Assembly: GCA_001600695.1 (NCBI GenBank)
Contig: BCKQ01000002.1
Span: forward strand, 1,437,340 to 1,501,339
DNA from: Ascoidea asiatica JCM 7603
Lineage: Eukaryota > Fungi > Ascomycota
Direction of reading: 5' to 3'
Length of the DNA stretch: 64,000 bases
The notes below the pieces were generated by a model. That model saw nothing but the letters and a program-made list of their open reading frames with translations. It was not told the DNA's origin and ran no database searches. Positions 46,860 through 56,085 of this stretch are shown here, in pieces. Both the position numbers and the translations under genes were made by a program. Position 1 is the first letter of the stretch, and each line of letters opens with the position of its first letter.

Positions 46860-48785
46860 TTAATATATAATTTTATTGTCTAAATCTTTTAAAATTTTTT
46901 GCTCACTCCAAACTCTTGGACTTCTTATAAGTTCTAAATTTTCTTCAGTTTTTTTATTATTATTATTTCCTTGAGCTAAATTTCGTAAACTTGATTCTCC
47001 ATCTGAATATGCATAATTTGAAAATAATCCACTATAAAAGGATGCAGCTTTTTCTGAATGTGCTGAATTTGTAATTCTTTTTGACTCTTTATAAGAAATC
47101 ATAGTATTAATATCTTTTAAATCTTTTAAATCTTTTATTTCTCTCATTTCTTTGAATTCATTTTTATCAATTCTTGTTATTTCTTCACTTTCTTTTTCTT
47201 CATTTTCATTGTTACTATCATTTTCATTTTCTTTTGTTTCTACACCTCTTTCATTATCAATATTATCAATGTTATTATTATCTATATTATCATTAATTTC
47301 TAAGATTTTTGGAGTAGATTCATTAATTAAAGTTGTTTGAATATTATTTGGTTGTAAACTCATACTCATATTCATATTCATAGCCATTATCATATTAATG
47401 CTAGATTTCACTTCATTTTTATTTTCATTTTTATCAAGATTTTTATTAATATTTTGATTTTCATTATTGTTCATTTCAAGATTAAATAAATTTGAAGTAA
47501 TTGTTGGAGATTTTTTAATTCTAGATATTGGACTTCTAATTTTATTTGAAACAACTTTGGAAAATTTAGTAAATTGAGAAAATGTAGAAATTTCATTTAA
47601 ATTATTGATATTATGATTATGATTATTATCAAGAGGTGTAATTGCAGCAGTAGAAACTTTAGCAGCAGTTAAAGAAGATTCATGTAATATAGATTTCCAA
47701 ACACCTTGTGAAACATTACCTCTTTTTTTTTCACAAGTTAAACAATTACAAAGACTTGATAAAATTGATTCAGATTCTAAATGATTATCGATTATTAGGG
47801 GAGAGTTTTGATCTTCTTGACCATCTTGATTATGATTATTATTTAAATTATTTAATTTTTTGAAATTTTTATTAATTAATTGAATTCTATTATCATTAAT
47901 AATTTCATAATCATTTTCATAATTATTTTCAATAGTATTTTCAATAGTATTGATATTGTTGTCATTAGATAATTGAGTTGAATCATTACTACATTCATAA
48001 ATTGGAGAAGGTAAATTTGAAATATTTGATTTTTTTTTACCAAATATATGAAATCTAATTCCACGTTTTCTTCTTTCATATTTTTTAGTTGAAGTTTCAT
48101 TTTCATTCTTCTTTTCATTATTACTCTCAATATTATTATTATCATTATCATTATCATTATATATATTAAAATTTTCATTAATATTTTCAATATTATTATT
48201 AATAAGATTACTAAGATTATTAATATGATTATGATTATGATTGAGGTCATGGATATGATCATGATTATGATTATGACAACTACAAAGACAGTCTAAACCA
48301 TTTGGTAAGACAGTTCCAAATTTAAGGTAATCTTTATTAGATACTTCATCTTTGTTTAATTCATTATTATTATTATCATTATTATTATCATTATTATTAT
48401 TAATAGATTGTTGTTCATCATTATCTTTAATTATTTGAATATTATTATTTGAAGGTAGTAATTGTATAAGTTTATTATCATTACTTGAATAATCTAGTAT
48501 ATCATTAGACATATTATTATTTATATCTGTATTTAAATCATTCAATATATCATTATTATTAATTTCATCATTAATATTAATATTAATATTATTTGAATTG
48601 ATATCATAAAGTTTATTATTTAAGATATAAGCATCATGAGGATTTGTACGTAAAGAAATTAAATGTTGATTTGGAGTCTTTGAGGCAATTAATCTTGGAT
48701 TTCTTTTATTTGTATATAGATTATGTCTATACTCAATTTTTAACCTTTCAATTTTACTTTTTAATCTATAAATTTTTAAATCCAT
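46860..48785 (-). CDS. Hypothetical Asn-rich protein, no recognised domain
   Basis: 641-codon ORF with genome-typical codon usage in a gene-sized slot; Cys/His clusters CLCSCHNHNHDHIH and LCNCLTC. Confidence 0.7.
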   Translation of the reverse strand: MDLKIYRLKSKIERLKIEYRHNLYTNKRNPRLIASKTPNQHLISLRTNPHDAYILNNKLYDINSNNINININDEINNNDILNDLNTDINNNMSNDILDYSSNDNKLIQLLPSNNNIQIIKDNDEQQSINNNNDNNNDNNNNELNKDEVSNKDYLKFGTVLPNGLDCLCSCHNHNHDHIHDLNHNHNHINNLSNLINNNIENINENFNIYNDNDNDNNNIESNNEKKNENETSTKKYERRKRGIRFHIFGKKKSNISNLPSPIYECSNDSTQLSNDNNINTIENTIENNYENDYEIINDNRIQLINKNFKKLNNLNNNHNQDGQEDQNSPLIIDNHLESESILSSLCNCLTCEKKRGNVSQGVWKSILHESSLTAAKVSTAAITPLDNNHNHNINNLNEISTFSQFTKFSKVVSNKIRSPISRIKKSPTITSNLFNLEMNNNENQNINKNLDKNENKNEVKSSINMIMAMNMNMSMSLQPNNIQTTLINESTPKILEINDNIDNNNIDNIDNERGVETKENENDSNNENEEKESEEITRIDKNEFKEMREIKDLKDLKDINTMISYKESKRITNSAHSEKAASFYSGLFSNYAYSDGESSLRNLAQGNNNNKKTEENLELIRSPRVWSEQKILKDLDNKIIY

Positions 48786-49650
48786 ATTTTTTTATTTAGT
48801 TATAAAAATAATATAATGTATGTGATTTTGATATAATAAAAATTATTCTGAGATTAAAAAAAATTTGATCCTAGGAAAGGAATCGATGATGTATTAAATT
48901 CTTTCATAATGATTCTTATAAAAATCCAAAAAAAAATTAAAAAAAAGATATTTTTTTGTAAAGAAAAAGTAAAGAATTCGGAATAAACATAATGAGAAAT
49001 ACCCAAATAAGCAAAGAATATTAGTATCGATGAAGATAATAACGCTGATAATAATACTGACAATGTCGATAATGTTGATAATAACGATAAGAATAATTTT
49101 TGAAAAAGTTGAATGAAGCTGTTATTCAGTGATGAAATCAAGTAAATTCTCGAGAACACAAAAACAGATTGAATTCTAGTTCAATTCATTTATTTAAAGT
49201 GTGTATTCGTATTATAATAATTCTAAAGAAACCTGAAGAATTGAAAAGTCCATCAATCTAAAAAGCAGGACATCATTGGCGATTCTGTATTGGAAAAGAC
49301 AGATAATGATGGTTTAGATACCTCTGAATTTCGAAACTGATTGGAAATTAAAGTATCGTTTTGATTCTTTTGGTTTATTTGATTATTTAATTATTTGATT
49401 ATTCTGGCAAGATGAATCATCTGAAGCAGCAGAGACTGATTCTCAAAAGGAGTTGGTTACTGACAAGCATCTTCTAATTATATATAAACAATCCATTCAG
49501 TGATTGACTAATTGAGTAAATTATTGATTGATTAACAATAAACAACAGTTTCAAAATCAATAAAAGAATCAGAAGCAGCATTAAAACCATCTCAGAAACT
49601 GTCACAAATACAATTCAGAATATCAAAAGACAAGATCAGATCAAAAACAT

Positions 49651-49930
49651 ATCACATGACTTAACAAGCTTCTTCCGGGTAAGTATCTTTTTTTCTGGAC
49701 ATTTGCACCTCCTGAGGAGTTGTTCCGGGGTGCTTTCCTGTGCAAAACTCCGATTGGATGAGGAATGTTTCTCGGAGATGCTGAGGTCAGCGCTTAGTCA
49801 CCGCTGGCGGGTGTGGAAGTCTGCCCAGGTTTGAACGGGGCGGGTCTCCGCTTTAGCCAGTGTTGGTCTAGAAGAGACACTGCCAGAAAGGCCCACTGCA
49901 GCGGTGATGAGTTTGAGTTCCCATACATCA
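49651..49930. promoter_or_regulatory. GC-rich divergent promoter island (orphan / FBP1)
   Basis: ATCACATGAC (49651), Reb1-type CCGGGTAA (49675), TTGCACCTCC (49703), TTCCGGGGTG (49723); 40/60 G+C in 49801-49860. Confidence 0.6.
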
Positions 49931-50410
49931 GACCTAGCTCTAGCTAATTGCTGATTATATTCATTATTCCATTTGAGTTATGACGAATTGAGTGCGAGAT
50001 CAGTTAAGTATTGCAGTGAAAAAAGTCGATAGTTCTCCAAAATTTATTACCATTACCATCGATATTGATATGATTATCATTATTAATATGAATAAGAAAA
50101 TATTAATATTAATATTAATATCAATGTGGGAATTATGATGATATTGACAATAGAGTTAATGAAATCTCCAATTAAATTCACTTATTTTATTATGATGTTT
50201 GGCATTCATTATAAAAGAAATTGTATTTCTTCATTTTATTAAATAATTAATAATTTATATATATTTTTATAATTTTATATATCCTTCCTTTATCCTAATA
50301 TCCTAATTTATATTCAAAGCATATATATTTATTTTATATTCTCTATTATTTATTGTATATTTTTAATTTTACCTTTCAATTCTAATTTAATAATTAATTA
50401 ATCAAAAAAA

Positions 50411-51445
50411 ATGTCTTCTCTGTTTGCTCAAGAAAATAATGTTAATACAGATATTGTTACTTTAACAAGATTTATACTTGAAGAACAACAAAAATATGCA
50501 AAATCTGCAACTGGTGAATTAACTTTATTATTAAATTCTTTACAATTTGCTTTTAAATTCATTGCTCATACTATAAGAAGAGCAGAATTAGTTAATTTAA
50601 TTGGTTTAGCAGGTGCTTCAAATTCAACTGGTGATTCTCAAAAAAAATTAGATGTTATTGGTGATGAAATTTTTATTAATGCAATGAAAGCAAGTGGTAA
50701 TGTAAAAGTTTTAGTATCTGAAGAACAAGAAGATTTAATTGTTTTTGATGGTAATGGAAAATATGCTGTTTGTTGTGATCCAATTGATGGTTCTTCAAAT
50801 ATTGATGCTGGTGTTTCTGTTGGTACAATATTCGGTGTATTTAAATTATTACCAAATTCAAAAGGTTCAATAAAAGATGTACTTAGAAGAGGTACTGAAA
50901 TGGTTGCTGCAGGTTATACAATGTATGGAGCTTCTGCTCAATTAGTTTTAACAACTGGTCATGGTGTTGATGGTTTTACTTTAGATTCTTCATTAGGTGA
51001 ATTTATTTTAACTCATAAAAATATGAAAATTCCAATTTCAAGACCAATTTATTCAATTAATGAAGGTAATTCATGTTATTGGCCAATAGCTACAAAAAAA
51101 TATGTTGAATCTTTAAAAAATCCACAATCTGATACTGGTAAACCATATTCTGCTCGTTATATTGGTTCCATGGTTGCTGATATTCATAGAACAATTCTTT
51201 ATGGTGGTTTATTTGCTTATCCAATAAAGGGTAAAAATGGTAAATTAAGAATACTTTATGAATGTTTTCCAATGGCAATGTTATTAGAACAAGCTGGTGG
51301 TAAAGCTGTAAATGATAATGGTGATAGAATTTTAGATCTTTTACCAAAAGAAATTCATGAAAGAAGTGGAATTTGGTTAGGTTCTAAAAATGAAATTAAT
51401 GGTTATTTAAAAGCAACTGGTAAAAATTATTTAAATTTAAATTAA
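50411..51445 (+). CDS. FBP1: Fructose-1,6-bisphosphatase class I
   Basis: TDIVTLTRF; GDSQKKLDV; VSEEQED; DPIDGSSN; SINEGN; RYIGSMVADIHRT; GKLRILYECFP. Confidence 0.98.
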   Translation: MSSLFAQENNVNTDIVTLTRFILEEQQKYAKSATGELTLLLNSLQFAFKFIAHTIRRAELVNLIGLAGASNSTGDSQKKLDVIGDEIFINAMKASGNVKVLVSEEQEDLIVFDGNGKYAVCCDPIDGSSNIDAGVSVGTIFGVFKLLPNSKGSIKDVLRRGTEMVAAGYTMYGASAQLVLTTGHGVDGFTLDSSLGEFILTHKNMKIPISRPIYSINEGNSCYWPIATKKYVESLKNPQSDTGKPYSARYIGSMVADIHRTILYGGLFAYPIKGKNGKLRILYECFPMAMLLEQAGGKAVNDNGDRILDLLPKEIHERSGIWLGSKNEINGYLKATGKNYLNLN

Positions 51446-51623
51446 AATTAAAAATTAAAAATTAAAAAAATTCTTTTCTCTCTTTTTTTATATTCTCTTC
51501 TTTTGTATTCTCTTTTATTTATAGCATATCTCTGTTTAATCATAATTTTTTAATCAAAAAAGTCTTAAAACTTCAACGCTTTTGCAGGAAATAAAAATTA
51601 AATTTTAGCTTTGATTACTCGGA

Positions 51624-51630
51624 CGGGTAA
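51624..51630 (+). promoter_or_regulatory. Reb1-type site CGGGTAA upstream of NUT2
   Basis: Exact motif about 150 bp upstream of the ATG in an otherwise AT-rich spacer. Confidence 0.55.
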
Positions 51631-51775
51631 CTCTCATCAATACTTGAAATATTTAAATATCTTAAATAAATCAACTATTCAATCAAATAATGATAATTTT
51701 AAAATAATCTAATCTAATCTAATCTAATTATCTTATAAAACTTATAAATTTACAAAGATAATAAATATTATTAAA

Positions 51776-52237
51776 ATGTCTCAATCTGATTTAAATAACG
51801 TTAATAAAAAAGAATTTACAGAAGATGAATTAAAACTTGCAATTATAGAAAATAGAGAAAAATTATTTAATATTGTTGAATGTCTTTTAGAACTTGGAAT
51901 TTTAGTTTCTGATACTGAAGAAACTGAAGTTGCAAAAAATGCTTTAATTTCAAAATTTGATGAAGTTATATTAGATTTAAATAATTTATCAACTTCTAAT
52001 ATTGAAAAATTAGAAAAAATTAATGTACCTTTAGATGTTATTCAATATATTGATATGGGTAGAAATCCAAATGTTTATACAAGAGAATTTGTTGAAGCTA
52101 CAAGAAAAACAAATCAATATTTAAGAGGTAAAATGTTTGCAATGAAAAATTTTAGAGATAATTTAAGTGAAAAAATTATAAATGAATTTCCTGAGTTAAA
52201 TGATTCTGTTAAAAATATAATTGAAAGAACAAGTTGA
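51776..52237 (+). CDS. NUT2: Mediator subunit Med10
   Basis: ELGILVSD; VPLDVIQYIDMGRNPNVYTREFVE..NQYLRGKM..FRD.L...FPEL. Confidence 0.95.
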   Translation: MSQSDLNNVNKKEFTEDELKLAIIENREKLFNIVECLLELGILVSDTEETEVAKNALISKFDEVILDLNNLSTSNIEKLEKINVPLDVIQYIDMGRNPNVYTREFVEATRKTNQYLRGKMFAMKNFRDNLSEKIINEFPELNDSVKNIIERTS

Positions 52238-52245
52238 ATATATTG

Positions 52246-52267
52246 AAAAAAAAAAAAAAAAAAAAAA
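52246..52267. repeat. Poly(A)22 tract filling the NUT2/BRE2 convergent spacer
   Basis: Direct reading; the stop codons are only 30 bp apart. Confidence 0.9.
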
Positions 52268-53821
52268 TTATATATCATATCCTAAAGAAAATTCATTATC
52301 AATTTCATCAATAATATCAAAAATTGTATCTTCCATAATTTTTTCATCATATCTTTCATCAAATCCTTTAATTTCACCTTTTTCAATTTCATCTTGAATT
52401 TCTTCTGGTATAAATAAAAAATTAGGTCCTGGATTAAATTTCACAATTCCTTTTTTAAAAACACTAATCATTGGATAATATCCTAAAGATCCATCATTAT
52501 TATAAATATCTAATTTTGAAACATTTTTTTTAGAATTTGGTGGTAAAAATGTATATAAATCTTCAAACATTATTCCCATATTTTTACCATTTTTAAAAAC
52601 TGTTATAGAAGAATTTGGTAATGTTGCAGGTCTAAATTTTTTTTCATCAGGTATTGCTTTTTCTCCAAAAACTGTAACTGGATTTAAAAGATGTTCCATT
52701 TCTTTTGTAGATATATATTCATATTGTTCATAAAATATTTTTGATCTAATTTTTATTGGAATTTGATCTCTTATAATATCTTTAATATTTTCAAGTTTTA
52801 AAGATTTAATTACATCTGTAGTTTCTTTAATATTTTTAGCATTTTTTATAGGATCTTTATATTCTTTAATATAATAATTTTCACTTTCATCATTATATGG
52901 ATCACCTAAAGTACCTTTTTCTAATTGTCTTTTAGAAATTTCTTCTTGAATAGATAATGAAGGTAAATCAACTAAAAATCCAATAATATCACCAGTTTTA
53001 AAAGGTTCATTTAAAAATTCTTTTGGTCTTGAAAGATGAACTTTTTGTCCAGTAACATCTCTTAAACCATATCCATAAGCATCATAACCAATTGGAGCTT
53101 CTAATGAAGCTTCTCTTCTTGCAATTCCAATTCTAACATGAGGAATTGAACTATTATTATCTCTTGTATTTACTTTTTCATTGGCACTAATAATAATAAA
53201 TTCAAAATACCATTTACCTTCAGAAATACCAACATTTGTTCTTGCACTTCTCCATCCACTATCTGTTGAAAGAATTTGAGAAGAATTATCTGCAAAAGCA
53301 CCCCTTGATCTATCAAAATAACTTAATCTTGAACAATATGGAGGTAAATCTGATGTACCACAAGAGTTAGAACCAAATAAATATAAATTTGGTCTAGATG
53401 GTTTATATTTAAAACCTCTTTTATTAAAAGGATGATCTTCAAGTGAATAAAATGGTATTGATAATAATTTTTCATTTGATAAAATTCTTGAAATTGATTC
53501 CTCAATTTTTATTTCCATTTTTTTACTTTTAATTGACATTTTTGCTTCATCAAGAATATCTTCATAAGAAAGAATTCTAAAAGGTAAATTAGACATTTCT
53601 TTATTTTCATTCGTTAAATTATTTGAAACATGATGATTATGATGTCTATTATTTTTTTTTGAATGATGTACTAATGATAAATCATTTTCAACATGATCTA
53701 AAGATAAAATACCTTCAGTATCTGATAAACCTATAGAAGGGGATATTGATCTTTTTCTCGGTATTAAAAGCTCTATCGCTATTGGAGTTTCCTCTTTTCT
53801 AAGTTGTTCAAATTCAGCCAT
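52268..53821 (-). CDS. BRE2: COMPASS/Set1C subunit Bre2 (ASH2L-like SPRY protein)
   Basis: PFNKRGFKY; GWRSARTNVGISEGKWYFE; HVRIGIARREASLEAPIGYDAYGYGLRD; NDGSLGYYPMISVF..FNPGP. Confidence 0.93.
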   Translation of the reverse strand: MAEFEQLRKEETPIAIELLIPRKRSISPSIGLSDTEGILSLDHVENDLSLVHHSKKNNRHHNHHVSNNLTNENKEMSNLPFRILSYEDILDEAKMSIKSKKMEIKIEESISRILSNEKLLSIPFYSLEDHPFNKRGFKYKPSRPNLYLFGSNSCGTSDLPPYCSRLSYFDRSRGAFADNSSQILSTDSGWRSARTNVGISEGKWYFEFIIISANEKVNTRDNNSSIPHVRIGIARREASLEAPIGYDAYGYGLRDVTGQKVHLSRPKEFLNEPFKTGDIIGFLVDLPSLSIQEEISKRQLEKGTLGDPYNDESENYYIKEYKDPIKNAKNIKETTDVIKSLKLENIKDIIRDQIPIKIRSKIFYEQYEYISTKEMEHLLNPVTVFGEKAIPDEKKFRPATLPNSSITVFKNGKNMGIMFEDLYTFLPPNSKKNVSKLDIYNNDGSLGYYPMISVFKKGIVKFNPGPNFLFIPEEIQDEIEKGEIKGFDERYDEKIMEDTIFDIIDEIDNEFSLGYDI

Positions 53822-54197
53822 ATTTTAGATTCTTCATAGTATTTTGAATTTTTCATTATATTTGTTGATTTATCGAGATAGTTTAGCGTAAACAATGAAA
53901 AAAATCGAGGTTTGCAGATTACAATTCAAAAATTAAGAAATTGTAAGACAGTGAGGTTGTGGAGACTCTCAGATCTGTCAAGAATCTTGATCACATAGGT
54001 ATGTCTATATTGAATTATATAATCACACGTGATTAATTTTTTTTATTATAGCTTGATTTTTATATGTATTTAAAATAATGAAGTTTGAAACAATAAAAAA
54101 GAAATGTTAGCTCTTTATAAGTTTGATATGACAATGTAATTAGTACAGTTCTATAATGGGATTTAGCAATAAAAACTGATCTAGAGTTGAATATAAA

Positions 54198-55727
54198 CTA
54201 TCTATAAAGTGGTATGTCCACAATTCCCATGAATCTTAAAATTAAAACAAATAAATCTTCATCAAATTTGTAATGCTTTTCTAACAGAATTAATTTTTGC
54301 CATTTACTTAATGGCATATCTCCCTTTTTCTTTTCAGGATCCCAAAGGTGAGAACCTCCTAGTCCATATTTAATCATATATTTAGAACATTTTATCCCAT
54401 ATTTATTAATAAATGTACCCGAAGGGTCTTTAAATTGTGAAATTAAAGCAAGTTTTTGTTGATGGTAACCCCATAACAATATATTTCCAAGATATCCAAA
54501 TATATTCAGATTTAATTCTCCGTTTTCTGAGACTAGTTCTTTGTATTTTTTGAAATAATTGGGATTAATTTGACGGCCACAATCACTATCAGGATCATAT
54601 TCTTTGCATAATTTCTTATATATACTTGGACCATTTAACCCAACTAATATTGATAATCTAAGAAAAAGTTGAGCTATATAATGATCACCAAATATTTCAT
54701 TTTTGTAAATTAATAAAAACTCAATCGCTTCTCTTGATATTTCACTAGACTCTGTTATAAGACTTTCTATATAGGGATCATTTAATTTTAAAGTTGAAAC
54801 TGGATTATATGTGATCTTACTAGAGGTTTTTTTTGAAACAATTTTAGCGTTTGAATCTCTTTTTTTAAATTCCTCACTTTTAAATGTATTTACTTTTCCA
54901 TTTGAGTTTGAATCAGTAGAAGGTTCTTTTAATTCAATATTACTATCACCTTTTCTTTTTTTTTTGTTTCGATCTCTACTTGCATAATAAAGATTTTTCT
55001 TATTTCTCAACTTTTCTAGTTCAATTTTTTCTTCTTCCGTCAATTTTCCTTTCTCCTTTCCTCTTAAATAATCCAATTCTTTTTTTTCTTTTTTAGTTAA
55101 TTTAGGAGCTTCCGGTACCTGAGAATTAATCAATTCCTTTGATTTACCTTCTATTTTAACAGGCTTCATCTTTTCAGTTACACGAGGGACATTCCCTTTT
55201 TTAGGCAGACTGATTTTATTTGACTTTTCTTCATTATTATTGCTTGATTTAATTGAAGGTATACTTTTCTTTTTTGATAATGATTTATTATTTTTGGATT
55301 TTGATGTCTGGGCATGGATTTCATCTTTTTTCATTGATTTAGATCTAGTAAATTTATCTTCAAACTTATCTTTACTAGGACTTTTTATTTCTTTAGTTTT
55401 GAAATTCAATGTATTTATCTCCTTAATTTCTTTTGGCTCAAAAGATAAATTTTCTTTTATTAAAGTGTCCAGAAATTCTTCATTATCAGACAGAAAAAAA
55501 ATATCAATTTCAATATTATCAATAATTTTATTCAATTCCTTTTCGCTAATTCCTTTACCTGAAGAAACTTTTAACCTTGACTTAGAATTTAACCAATCCT
55601 TTGAGTCTACCTTTGAAGATTTATACTTTGATGGATTCTTCTTTTCAATTACTGACATTGATTGAGCAACATTTGTGTCAAGCAAATACTCAAGATCATC
55701 TTCAAAATTTTCATACTTTCCTGCCAT
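54198..55727 (-). CDS. Hypothetical protein: Lys-rich N-terminal half plus an unrecognised globular C-terminal domain
   Basis: About 509-codon ORF from the first ATG (55727); basic NLS-like RNKKNLYYASRDRNKKKRK; ordered C-terminal ~190 aa. Confidence 0.75.
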   Translation of the reverse strand: MAGKYENFEDDLEYLLDTNVAQSMSVIEKKNPSKYKSSKVDSKDWLNSKSRLKVSSGKGISEKELNKIIDNIEIDIFFLSDNEEFLDTLIKENLSFEPKEIKEINTLNFKTKEIKSPSKDKFEDKFTRSKSMKKDEIHAQTSKSKNNKSLSKKKSIPSIKSSNNNEEKSNKISLPKKGNVPRVTEKMKPVKIEGKSKELINSQVPEAPKLTKKEKKELDYLRGKEKGKLTEEEKIELEKLRNKKNLYYASRDRNKKKRKGDSNIELKEPSTDSNSNGKVNTFKSEEFKKRDSNAKIVSKKTSSKITYNPVSTLKLNDPYIESLITESSEISREAIEFLLIYKNEIFGDHYIAQLFLRLSILVGLNGPSIYKKLCKEYDPDSDCGRQINPNYFKKYKELVSENGELNLNIFGYLGNILLWGYHQQKLALISQFKDPSGTFINKYGIKCSKYMIKYGLGGSHLWDPEKKKGDMPLSKWQKLILLEKHYKFDEDLFVLILRFMGIVDIPLYR

Positions 55728-56085
55728 TAAACTCAAAAGTTTCTCCTAAAATAAATAGTGATGAATAAAAAATATACCAATATTATACCTGTATTAATGA
55801 TTTCTTAGATTCTTGCTTATTTAACAATTGAATTAATTTTTATTCCCGGGCAAACTCAAGGAATTTATTTTCACAAAGCCTACTATAACCATATCCTTGG
55901 GACCGTACTGTCTGGAGAACAGTAACGTTAACTCCTGCCTTTACGCGCTACTCATTTTTTAGAACGCTGTTTTGATTTGTTTATCTTCGATACACTTTTC
56001 AAAATATATTTTTCATTTTCAAAGACTTAATGCTTTAATCTATTGTCTGAAAGGTCAATTAAATTAATTCACTTGCTGGAACATT

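Noticed and set aside
49815-49890. Intact tRNA gene on the minus strand
   Set aside because: A-to-B box spacing is only 11 nt, the acceptor stem has 4 bp and there is no anticodon arm; kept only as a B-box finding
49904-49954. Box C/D snoRNA (GTGATGA...CTGA)
   Set aside because: Only about 50 nt, with no terminal stem and no recognisable rRNA guide
51776-52267. NUT2 as a retrocopy because of the downstream A22
   Set aside because: No target-site duplication; intact housekeeping gene with its own promoter motif; A-runs are common here
55746-55788. 5' intron for the 54198-55727 orphan (GTATAA...TAG)
   Set aside because: Only 43 nt versus 87-94 nt for the other introns, poor branch site, and the upstream frame has no ATG before a stop
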